From positions 2,604,001 to 2,668,000 of the forward strand of contig OZ024749.1 of assembly GCA_964016885.1 (NCBI GenBank): a stretch of 64,000 nucleotides of DNA, written 5' to 3'. The notes below the pieces were generated by a model. It searched no databases and was not told the DNA's origin. It worked only from the letters and a program-made list of their open reading frames with translations. The position numbers and the translations under genes were made by a program. Origin of the DNA: Eledone cirrhosa (Eukaryota). Positions 39,497-52,341 of the stretch are shown here, piece after piece. Each line of letters opens with the position of its first letter. Position 1 is the first letter of the stretch.

Positions 39497-40090
39497 ATTG
39501 TTTCTACTTTTGGCACAAGGCCAGCAATTATACCAGTGCATTACTGGTACTTTATTTTATCGACCCCGTAAGGATGAAAGGCAAAGTTAACCTCGGCGGG
39601 ATTTCGACTCAGACCATAAAGGGACGTAACTATGCTGGAAAGCATGGCGTCCGACCCTCTACCGATACTGCCAATCCCCCTGCTAACAATAATACTGTTT
39701 TATTACAGAAATAGATTACTTAATTTAATTTATCGATCCTGGAAGGATGGAAGACAAAGTTAAGATTAAGAGAAGTTGAACTGAGACCATAAAGAGCCGT
39801 AACAAAAGCTGAGTCTTCTTCTCCGACACTCCAATACTTCTACCAATCAACCGCTCGCTATAACAACTAGAATATTAGTTTCTGGTTTAGGTACAAGGTC
39901 AGTAAATTGGGGAGAGGGGAAAGTAGATTAAATCGACCTCAGTACATTACTGGTACTTTATTTTATTGACCCCGTAAGGATGAAAGTTAAAGCTAACCAC
40001 GGAGGGAATCGAACTCAGAACGTAAAGGGCCGTAAATCGATGCTGTGAACCAAGGTGTTCAACTCTCTACCGACACTGCCATTCCACCAC
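39497..40090 (-). mobile_element. Three head-to-tail SINE family A copies
   Basis: Copies at about 39497-39680 (TSD TGCTAACAATAATA at 39483 and 39681), 39720-39860 and 39878-40090. Confidence 0.85.
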
Positions 40091-40878
40091 CCTCAATAAT
40101 AGTAATAATAATAATTAAACCAACCATCCATTCTACTACTACGGCTACTACTACTACTACTACAAATTGTACTTTTACTAAATTGGTGCCGCTCTGTCTA
40201 TGTGATACACATGTTCTTCTCTGTGTATGCGATATGGAATGAGGATAGCCATTTTCTTTCCCTATAGACGTAAATGTTTAATGATGGATGGGTAGTAGTT
40301 AATTATATCAAATTCAGTAAAGTTATGTTGTTTTATACACAGACCAGACATTGATTATAGAGGAATGACAGCTAACCCATTTAAGAACAGACTCCATCAA
40401 CATAATTACACATTCAGACCATTTCAAGAAAGACTGTACACGAAGCCACAAACAGGTATTTCGCTTTAAAAATATAATAATATATCCCATATAATTTCAA
40501 TGTAGAAATGTAGAACCTCATCTTACACACAATCAGATTCTTTATGCAGTCTTTATACTCTAGAAAAGGTATCAATCTTGAAATAAAAAATCAAACAGTG
40601 AAGAAGTGCACTGGATTCATTTCTTTATGTTCTCATATATGCAGGTTCCGGTTTGAATACATAACAGGGGTAAATTGTGATGTTTGATCGTTTCCTTTCT
40701 TATTTTCCCTCTTGAAACAGTAACAACACCAGCGTTACCTATTCTATTCACAAATGAACTGCTCTAATAAGCATCAAATAGATTATTAAATCATGGATTT
40801 CATCTGTATAAAATACATCTTTTTCAGAAACCAACGAAGGTAAAAATATATATTTGTTCTAAATCCACATAACAGCGA

Positions 40879-41173
40879 TCAACACAGTATCTACTGACAC
40901 ATGTAACATGTACTGTATATCTAATACACACACTCAACACAGTATCTACTGACACATGTAACATGTACTGTATATCTAATACACACACTCAACACAGTAT
41001 CTACTGACACATGTAACATGTACTGTATATCTAATACACACACTCAACACATGTAACATGTACTGTATATCTAATACACACACTCAACACAGTATCTACT
41101 GACACATGTAACATGTACTGTATATCTAATACACACACTCAACACAGTATCTACTGACACATGTAACATGTAC
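40879..41173. repeat. 55-bp minisatellite (~5.5 units, one internally deleted)
   Basis: TCAACACAGTATCTACTGACACATGTAACATGTACTGTATATCTAATACACACAC. Confidence 0.95.
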
Positions 41174-41348
41174 ATGATGTATATTTAATGTCTCAATAGT
41201 TGTATGGGGAACTCTCATGTCAGAACTATATCCGAAAATTGAAATGACAAGCTTTTGAAGACGAACGAGTATGTGGGAAAAAGGGTTTAATATATTGCGA
41301 TGATTCGTGAAAGATACACACACATATTGATCCATATTGCGTATATCC

Positions 41349-41408
<60 letters not shown>

Positions 41409-41412
<4 letters not shown>

Positions 41413-41514
41413 CGTCCGAAACGTTAAGACCATCTTCCTGCTATTTCAAGCGTTAACCTAATATAATTCATCCATATACTCTGCCGATTGTGTTGTTATT
41501 TCTGTTTACCTTTT

Positions 41515-41515
<1 letters not shown>
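41409..41515 (+). mobile_element. 5'-truncated copy of the 13421 PLE-like family (3' half of HHR plus tail)
   Basis: CCGAAACGTTAAGAC..TCTTCCT..CTATTTCAAG..CCGATTGTGTTGTTA matches 13443-13520. It follows (TA)n. Confidence 0.7.
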
Positions 41516-41548
<33 letters not shown>

Positions 41549-41599
41549 TCATCCATATTGTGTATATCCCCATAATGTTGTGTGTATATATATGTGTGT

Positions 41600-41662
<63 letters not shown>

Positions 41663-41678
41663 AATAAATATATATATA

Positions 41679-41757
41679 AGAACAAAAGATGGTTAAAAGA
41701 GTTCCATGTATTTTATTATGCGCATTTCAATAAAACAATAAAACTCACCTCCTACAT
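41679..41757 (+). mobile_element. Family P2 internally deleted copy
   Basis: Joins the start (..ATGCGCATTTCAA) and the end (ACAATAAAACTCACCTCCTACA) of the 8129-8392 element. Confidence 0.7.
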
Positions 41758-42587
41758 TATAAATAAATATATATATATAAATATATATATATAAATATAT
41801 ATATATAAATATATATATATAAATATATATATTCGCTGATACGCATTTATAAACGCTACCTCACACTCACTGCTTGTGTAATATATACGTTCTCATAAAC
41901 TCTTGTACATACCCAAACACATATGCACAGATATGTATTTACACACACGCACATGTAAATTTATTCACAGTTCACACCTACCTTCGCACATGCCCTCACA
42001 GGCTGACACATAATCACCTTCGTTGAGTCACTTACGATAAGTGAGAAGTTTTTCGAATTGAAAGCACTTTCTTGGAATTTTACAAAATCTTGAGATTTGG
42101 ATGAAATGAATTGAAAAGTCCAACAGTATTAAACCCCTCCACCCACTCTACTACTACCACCACCATCACCACCACTACATTGTCCACACAGCTTTAGAAA
42201 CATACCTCTACAGCAATATTCTTAACAGATTACACGTGAATCAATGTGCGCCATGTAAAGTAGTATATTTTAATGTTTTGTTTTTAAAGATATATATTTC
42301 TTCACTCGATTATTCATGTATTATAAAAGCAAAAGAGAAGATGAAGTTAGAGATATGCAGAAGCAAATGTTGGTAGAGATTGTTACCGGAAAATCATTCG
42401 GTGATTCAGTGACCTCGTTTTTGAATGTGCTGCATTAGAATACAGTTTTTGTGGAAATGGTGAACCCCTGAGAGAGCTATGCAGGGGTGTATTTGTAGCC
42501 CCCGTGGTCAGGTGAAGTTATTGACTCTATTTTCAGCGGTCCGGGAAGCTCTGTTTGTGATTAATATTTATCAAAGTTAATAGCAGT

Positions 42588-43065
42588 AATTGTTTCTACT
42601 TTTGGCACAAGGCCAGCAAATAACCAGTGTATTACTGGTACTTTATTTTATCGACCCCGTAATAATTGTTTCTACTTTTGGCACAAGGCCAGCAATTAAC
42701 CAGTGCATTACTGGTACTTTATTTTATCCACCCCGTAAGGATGAAAGGCAAAGTTAATCTCGGCGGGATTTGAACTCATAATGGCAAGGGCCGTAACTCT
42801 ATGCGTCAAAGCATGGCGTCCGACCCTCTACCGATACTGCCAATAATGATAATTGTTTTTACATTTGGCACAAGGCCAGCAATTTATAGCTACGAGGAAA
42901 ATCGCTTAGATCGATCCCAGTGCATTATCGGTACTTTGTTTTATCGATCCTTTAGAATGAAATGGAAAGCTAACCTCGGCGGGATTTGAACTCAGGACGT
43001 AAAGGGTCGTAACTCTATACCGAAAATATGCTGTTCGACGCTCTAGCGATTCTGTCAATCCACAT
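42588..43065 (-). mobile_element. SINE family A cluster with ~76-bp tandem duplication of the 3' part
   Basis: AATTGTTTCTACTTTTGGCACAAGGCCAGC..CCCCGTAA occurs twice, followed by a further copy. Confidence 0.85.
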
Positions 43066-43481
43066 CTCTAATTTTGGGACTTCATTATCCAAATGGAACA
43101 CAAATTTCAACACACCAGACCTGATGTGTTCTTTATACACAGAATGCCAGAATATTGATGATACCATCTCAGAAGACAACAAAATATCCTTGAAGAAATT
43201 GGAAGATTAACAAAATATTCTGTCTTAAAGATCAGACTTGGACGAATATCCTCAATACAACCTAACAACATTAAGATGATTTCACTTTAAATAGGAGCTT
43301 CGGGCTCGTTGCCCTTAAATGAGGGACAGTGCCTTAAAGTCAGAACTCAAATCACAAATTGTTCTCATATAAAAGACATCAGTGATAGGCACCTGTATAT
43401 ATAACCAGGACAATACTGTCTCTCCGTTGAAATACCACAGACAGCAGAAGATTGAGTAATTATATTTATTGTACAAATCAA

Positions 43482-44050
43482 TAATAATTGTTTCTAGGTT
43501 GGGCACAAGGCCAGCAATTACCCAGTGCATTACTGGTACTTTATTTTATCGACCCCGTAAGTTAACCTCGACGGGATTTAAACTCATACCGTAAAGGGAC
43601 GTAACTATGTTGGAAAACATGGCGTCCGACTCTCTACCGATACTGCCAATTCACCGAAACCAATAATAATGAGGGTTTCCAATGTATGCAAAGGGCAACT
43701 AATTTGGGGGAGAGGGAAAGTAGATTAAATCGACCCCAGTGCATTACTGGTGCTTTAGTTTATCGATACAGTAAAGATGAAAGGCAAAGCTAACCTCGGC
43801 GGGAATTGAACTCAGTATGTAAAGGGCCATACCTCTCTGCCATGAAGCATGTTGTCCGACCCTCCCACCGATACTGCCAATCCATAATAATGGTTTCTGA
43901 CTTAGGCACAATGCCAAACATTATTGGGAGAGGGGAAGGTCGAATAAATCGATACCCAGTGCATTAATGGTACTTTATTTTATCGACCCTGTAAGGATGA
44001 CAGGCAAAGCTAGCAAATATGTCCTACTGTCTACCAATTCTGCCAATTAG
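43482..44050 (-). mobile_element. Three head-to-tail SINE family A copies
   Basis: Repeated core and heads (CCGATACTGCCAAT). Confidence 0.85.
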
Positions 44051-44218
44051 ACATAAAAGTAAAACATTTAGGAAATGTTGAAGACATTTGAGAAGATCAA
44101 ACCATTGGTATTAACCTTGGTTATGTCCCTTTAATTCGAAATACAAGCAGATAATCTCGTATCAATGTCGTACGGAGTTTAGGTTTAACATACGATACAT
44201 TCACTAAACTCGCACATC

Positions 44219-44260
<42 letters not shown>

Positions 44261-44263
<3 letters not shown>

Positions 44264-44308
44264 TGAATACAGTAAGATATAGATGAATATAGTCAGATGG
44301 ATATAACA

Positions 44309-44367
<59 letters not shown>

Positions 44368-44412
44368 TGAATACAGTAAGATATAGATGAATATAGTCAG
44401 ATGAATATAACA

Positions 44413-44483
<71 letters not shown>

Positions 44484-44531
44484 TGAATACAGTAAGATAT
44501 AGATGAATATAGTCAGATGAATATAACAGGA
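44261..44531. repeat. ~50-bp unit x3 separated by variable (TA)n
   Basis: AGGTGAATACAGTAAGATATAGATGAATATAGTCAGATG(G/A)ATATAACAGG(AT)n. Confidence 0.9.
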
Positions 44532-44712
44532 TATATATATATATATATACACCGACAGATGTGCACATATGGAGAGATACACGGTCGTGCAAGGATAGGC
44601 ATAATTGTGCACATATATGCACAGATATATACATTCAATGTACTTACATATTGTCAATATATATAGATATATGTATATATATAAATGGACATAGATAGAT
44701 ATAGATGAATAT

Positions 44713-44762
<50 letters not shown>

Positions 44763-45277
44763 GGACATAGATAGATATAGATGAATATAACAATATATAT
44801 ATATATATATATATAGCCATAGATTTGGAGAGCTATACACATTTGTGTATAGATATACATGGATATACACATTTGTGCACAGATATACATAGATATACAG
44901 ATATATATAGATGTGCACAAATATACATGGATGTACGTAGATGTATACACACATATAAACAACCGATAGAACTGACATTTAACCAACATTTTGTGATGGA
45001 AAATCAGAGATTTAAAACTAATATTTTTTTACGTTTAGTTTCAGAAATTTTATTTATTTATTTTGACACACTCAATGTATTAATATCAAATTTACATTTT
45101 TTAATGCAACGAAAGCAAAGCAGCACGTATGAAGCGTTTCAGATTTTCTGAAAATGGTTGGAGAGAAAGGAAAGAATACTTAATCCTGAGTCCTGGTTAA
45201 AATGTTTGAAACAGAAAAGACTGCAACAAAATATTCTTAAGGGTCAGGTGAATGCGGTATAAATATGGTGTTGGGTC

Positions 45278-45424
45278 AATACATACTCGCAAATTAAGAC
45301 TCCAAGGTTCGGGTAGTTTGGTATTAAACCTGGTGACGAGTTAATACATACTCGCAAATTAAGACTCCAAGGTTTGGGTGGTTTGGTATTAAACCTGGTG
45401 ACGGGTTAATACATACTCGCAAAT
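45278..45424. repeat. ~66-bp tandem duplication
   Basis: AATACATACTCGCAAATTAAGACTCCAAGGTT..GGTATTAAACCTGGTGACG occurs twice. Confidence 0.9.
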
Positions 45425-45724
45425 CTTTCGTGTTTACTTGCTATAAATGTTTCAACTTACCAAGGATTTATTATTAACATTTGAGATTTAAATATCTAGC
45501 ATATTAATTAATAGATTAAATATTATTCAATTAGTTGGCGAGACACTGTCATCTGTTAAATAACACATGCCAATAGTTGTTAAGGTTAATTACAGTAAAT
45601 TACCAGCTGTCATTAAACCAATATGAACTGTAATACGTAAGAAGCATATTTGATAGGAAATCAAATGAAATCATCATGATCATCATCATTATGATAGTAG
45701 TCATTATCATCATTATGATGCCAC

Positions 45725-46030
45725 AGAACGGAAGGCACTCCGTCGGTTACGACGTCGAGTGTTCCAGTTGATCCGATGAACGAAACAGCCTCCTCGTAAA
45801 ATTAACGTGCAAGTGGCTGAGTATACAACAAACATGCGAACCCTTAACGTAGTTCTCAGGGAGATTAGGCGTATTACAAAATTTAACAAGGCTGACCCTT
45901 CGAATTACAGGTACAACTCGTTTTTGCCAGCTAAAGTGAACTGGAGCAACACGAAATAAAGTGTCTTGCTCAAGGACACAACGCGTCACCGGGAATCGAA
46001 CTCACGACCTTACGATCGTGAGCTGAATTC
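45725..46030 (-). mobile_element. Full-length tRNA-derived SINE family B (CORE-like)
   Basis: Minus strand: GTGGCTTTATGGTTAGCG..GAGTTCGATTCCCGG (A/B boxes), then GTGTCCTTGAGCAAGACACTTTATTTCGTGTTGCTCCAG (CORE-domain-like) and an (ATG)n tail. Confidence 0.85.
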
Positions 46031-46253
46031 GCTAACCATAAAGCCACGTGACTACAGATTAGCCATATTGGTACAGCATCAGACAAAATGCTTTGCGCCA
46101 TAAGTTCAAATCATACCAAGGTCAACTTTGCCATCCTTCAGGGGTCGATAATACCGAGAACCAGTAAATTCCTGGGGTCGATATAATCATTCCCTCACAA
46201 TTTAAGTCTTCATTGCTAAATTAGAAATTATTATTATTACTGCGGATTGGGGC

Positions 46254-47036
46254 GATGGAAGTGCAGAATCATTGGAAGGTTAGACAAACTGCTTCTCGAT
46301 GGAAGTGCAGAATCATTGGACCGTTAGACAAACTGCTTCTCGATGGAAGTGCAGAGTCATTGGAGCGTTAGACAAACTGCTACTCGATGGAAGTGCAGAA
46401 TCATTTGAAGCGTTAGACAAACTGCTTCTCGATGGAAGTGCAGAGTCATTGGAGCGTTAGAGAAACTGCTTCTCGGTGGATGCCCAGAATTATTGGAGCG
46501 TTGGACAAACTGCTTCTCGATGGAAGTGCAGAATCATTGGAGCGTTAGACAAACTGCTACTCGATGGAAATGCAGAATTATTTGAGCGTTAGACAAACTG
46601 CTTCTCGGTGGATGCTCAGAATTATTGGAGCGTTAGACAAACTGCTTCTCGATGGAAGTGCAGAATCATTGGAGCGTTAGACAAACTGATTCTCGGTGGA
46701 TGTGCAGAATTATTGGAGCGTTAGACAAACTGCTACTCGATGGAAGTGCAGAATTATTGGAGCGTTAGATAAACTGCTTCTCGGTGGATGCCCAGAATCA
46801 TTGGAGCGTTAGACAAATGGCTTCTCGGTGGATGTGCAGTATTATTGGAGCGTTAGACAAACTGCTTCTCGGTGGATGCTCAGAATCATTGGAGCGTTAG
46901 ACAAACTGCTTCTCGGTGGATGTGCAGAATCATTGGAGCGTTAGACAAACTGCTTCTCGATGTAAGTGCAGAATCATTGGAGCGTTGGACAAGCTGCTTC
47001 TCGATGGAAGTGCAGAATCATTGGAGCGTTGGACAA
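46254..47036 (+). repeat. 44-bp minisatellite (~18 units) derived from a SINE head
   Basis: GATGGAAGTGCAGAATCATTGGAGCGTTAGACAAACTGCTTCTC. It continues into a SINE-A body at 47040-47150. Confidence 0.9.
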
Positions 47037-47782
47037 CCTCCGTTGCGGCATTTTATGTTCTGAGTCCAAATTTCGTTCAACTTTGCCTTTCGACAAAATA
47101 TGATACTTGTGAAACACTGAGGTCAATTCTACCCTCCTCTCTAAAATAGCACAACATCACCAGTGAACAGATCCAGAGAGGTATGAGCTGCGTCAGATTT
47201 GACATGCCAAATACAAGCCGTATATCACTACGGTGCCCCTACGATTCCAATAAGAGCTAAGTCTCATGCATAGAAATACAAATATGAAATCTAATGTGAA
47301 AAGGGATACGGATGAAATACCTCAATACATATTATCCGACATTCAGAACAAATATGCCAATTCAGCAACTTTCTAAATCGATAGCGTGATCATTGATCTT
47401 CTGGATCTTATTCTATCAGATACAGACATGGTTAAAACATTTTACCAGCTTCTTTAAAAAACATGTTGCATTCAGCTTGTCTTGTTCTATACAATCTCCC
47501 CACTCTCTTACATTCGCTGTCTCTCTCTAGAAATCTCAGTCCTCCATCTCTCTCTCTCTCTCACAGTCTCTCTCTCTCTCTCACTCTCTCTTACAGTCTC
47601 TCTCTCTCTCTCTATGTGTATCTATCACTCTATCTCTCTCTCAGTTAACCCGTGTCTGTCTATTATTATCGTTTATCTCTTAGCTCAGATTTATCGGCAA
47701 GAAAAAAAACGTATCTCGTATTACATACAGGAGGATTCTTATATATTCACTGTTCCGATATATTTGACTTAAGTGCACACGC

Positions 47783-47823
<41 letters not shown>

Positions 47824-47828
<5 letters not shown>

Positions 47829-48015
47829 AACGAGTAGGACCCCGACGGCTGAGCTCAAGCCGTTTCGACGACTAATTCTGGCCTGAATTAGCCGTCGAAA
47901 CGGCTTGAGCTCAGCCGTCAGGGTCCTACTCGTTCCTATTATCCACTCTACTACCCTAAGTATTGAGTACTTTGGTGCGTTATGGTCCATCTGGTTCCTT
48001 ACCACATTTCCTTCG

Positions 48016-48017
<2 letters not shown>
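47824..48017 (+). mobile_element. Fold-back family P1 copy
   Basis: Arms 47824-47878 and 47885-47939 with a 6-nt loop, the same tail as 1683-1760, and (TA)n flanks. Confidence 0.8.
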
Positions 48018-48062
<45 letters not shown>

Positions 48063-48340
48063 TTGTGTAAGATACGTGTCTATATGTATGTGTGTGTGTG
48101 TCTAAATATATATCAGTGTGTATGATATGAGAATCTTATTACTATTAATTTGTTGTACATGGATGAAAATTAAACACTAAAATAAATCATATAATTATAT
48201 ATTTATCCATGTTAAAGTCTATTTCTAGTTACTTATATAAGACTGCACGTGAATATATATATATGTGTGTATGTGTATGTACATACACACATTATATATA
48301 TATATATATATATTTATACATATATATACACACATACATG

Positions 48341-48386
<46 letters not shown>

Positions 48387-48594
48387 CATATATATATACA
48401 CATACATACTCATATATATATATATATATATACACATATATACTCATATATATATATACACATACATACTCATATATATATATATATATACACATACATA
48501 CTCATATATATATATATATACACATACATACTCATATATATATATATATATACACATACATACTCATATATATATATATATATACACATACATA

Positions 48595-48647
<53 letters not shown>

Positions 48648-49027
48648 ATACTCATATATATATATATATAGGTATGTACACGATGCACACACACAACAAA
48701 CAAATACATCAGCAGCAAAAGTCTGGAGTTGTTATTCCTCTTAAGATTTAATCCCAAGACACATCTATGACACACATAATCGATATTCATATGAATGGCA
48801 CCAAAATATCGGTGATGTCTTTAAATTTTTTGTTAGTGATGGTGGTGGGGGCACGTGGTGGTGAATGCGACAGGGTGCTGCTGGTGGGAGGGTGGTGGTG
48901 TGTACACTGTGTATGGAGGGGGTGGGTGGGGTGATGTGACGTTTTATAGATGCATATGGACATTTTCTGCTACGTATTCAAAATTGATATTCAAAGGTCT
49001 TATCAAGATCTAGAGAGGCTTTTTTTT

Positions 49028-49087
<60 letters not shown>

Positions 49088-49682
49088 TATAATGTGTATG
49101 AGAGAGAGAGAGAAGATGTATTTGTCTGAGAGAGATAGAGAGAGAGGGGATGCGTATGAGAGAGTGATTATGTACATGAGAGGGAGAGGTATAAAGCAGC
49201 CGTAGTGAAAGCTAAATCTTAAGAGTACAATGAGAGAGCGAGAGAGAGAGAGGGAGTAAGTGAGAGAGAGAGAGATATAGAGATAGAGAGAGAGAGAGAG
49301 AGAGTAAGAGAGAGAGAGAGAGTCAGGTAGGAAGAAATAGCGAGAGGGTTGAAGGAGAAGAGAGAGAAAGAATTACATGACAGTTAGTGGGAAGCAGTAA
49401 AAAGAAAATGTTTCTGTCAGAGACGTTTGTAGCAACAATCTAACATGACATGTAGATTATCTAATTAACAGTTTGATTAATTAGTTAAATAATTAATATT
49501 AATATTCAGCTCTAGATCAACTCCCACTTATAGCAATGATCAAAGCCGTTTCAAACATCTCATCATTGCGTATCTAGGGCGTATTCATTGCCCATCTCTC
49601 GTCTTTCAACGCTGTTAGGATATAAGGGCGTAACAGGAACGAGATTAGATTGAGATCTCGCGAAGTTTTAATGACCGTTAAG

Positions 49683-49758
<76 letters not shown>

Positions 49759-50745
49759 GGTTAGTATATTGTGTTAGGTAATGTGCTTGGTACAATGTGT
49801 TAGATAATCAACCGACACTAGACTATCAGGATAGAGTACTCCACGAAGTACACATGTCTGTCTCTGCACTCTTGAGTATTGGTATAACAATGAAGTAGGT
49901 TAGAATTTACTTCATTTACTTATTACACAATTACTGTTTTACGTATTTCGATGATAACTGTTATGTAACAGTTACGACTTCATTAGACAGCTATTACTTG
50001 AACAAAAATCTACATGAACAAAATGACATGATCAAAATAAAATTAAAGATTACTCATGCTTTTTCCATTCACTATTATGACATTGTCATATGAATTATTA
50101 TGAACAGGATCAAAGCATCATGTCAAAGGGTTTAGCTATTGGTTGAAGATAGTTCCAAACCTAGACCCTCGTACCATTCTCCAGTGGCACCAAAGTCTGA
50201 GATCTTTCACTTATTCCGGTATCAGGTCATTTATAATACGTTGTTATTGCGATTTTCTGCCTTTCAGATTCCCACATTTTCAAAACAACTAGTGTTTCCA
50301 TGATTTATATGACGCATCAGTATCGCATACTGTCCAGATTCCAGTGGAAAGCCACTTGTTGTCTCCTGTCTTCATTTTGTCTCCTGTCTTTTCGACAGGT
50401 TGTGTTATTCCATCGTGTAACCTGAGGTCAATAGTATGTAATAAAATGGAGGGGGGTGGGGAGATAAGCCGGACGAAAGAACAAAATCCTCTACCTCTCT
50501 TTGTAATTTTTTTTGTGAAAAACCACAAATCCTCCATCTCAATTGTACTTTTGAAAAGAATAAGAACTGTGAAACCAGTAAAGGAAACAAATAAATATTC
50601 TTAGACTACAGTTGCATTTTCGATTTCTTTTCCTTATATATTTATATATACATATTTGCATGCATGCACGTGCATACGTGCATATATCTATGTATATATG
50701 TATTTGTAAATATGTTCATAAACGCAAGTACACACATACACACCC

Positions 50746-51421
<676 letters not shown>

Positions 51422-51670
51422 CGCCTTGTGCGTGTAGGAACACATATTCTATTATTACTAATCTCCTCTATGTTGAGAAAAAATTTGGTCGTTCTGACTG
51501 CTGCTAGTTATAGCGGTAGCCAACTGACCTCCCTGTCTCTGCCTCTATCTTTACACTCGGCCCTTGAAAAAATTGATTCCACTTCATTTACTCTCATCTC
51601 GGGAACAATTTTGAATAGCACCAGTTCGTAATTTGAATTAGTGAATTTTATAATCTTCGAATGAAAAGAT

Positions 51671-51752
51671 CCTTCTGACGAGATTCTTTCTTTGCAACGA
51701 AGGCCGTATGGACTCCGTTTATTTTTGAGAATCGAAACCGATTCGGTAAAGG
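51671..51752 (+). ncRNA. Type I hammerhead ribozyme with long loop II
   Basis: cctt-CTGACGA-gattct..(40 nt)..agaatc-GAAA-ccg(att)cgg-TA-aagg. Cleavage is predicted after GUA at 51748. It lies in a 400-bp island between (TA)n tracts (51421-51823). Confidence 0.85.
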
Positions 51753-51820
51753 TAACCATAGTAAGTAAAGTTAATTTTTTTAAATTTATTTTGAAACTTT
51801 TTCTTATTTGCTAAACCTTG

Positions 51821-51887
<67 letters not shown>

Positions 51888-52341
51888 CTTTAGTATTCGC
51901 GAGGTTGTGGGTGTGTGTAATTTTCCGAATAAGCAAGGGAGTTTCTTATAGTGCTTTTCCATCTAGTTTCTGAACGAAAGTTTGATATAGAACGACAGAC
52001 TATGGTCAACCAAATAAAGATCTCTCATTGGATTACTACATTGGTATTTCTTTAGTGCATTCGCCCAAGCAATGAGTGGTTCCATTATTCACAGCCACCT
52101 CTGTTCATTTGTTTCCGCTTCCAATATTACTTTAGCCAATTTTCTCAAATATCGTTTGTGGGGTTCCACAAATTGAAGGGTCACTTGATAAACAGACATT
52201 TCAAATGTCACCATACTGGCGGCTGTAATAAAAGTCTGGACACAGGTAAAATTACGCTCGTTTCCTCCGTAAAATCGGGAAAACAGTTTCTAGCGGGTGT
52301 CTCTAGCCATTCTCCGCGCTACCCCTTTCCATTTGTTCTCG

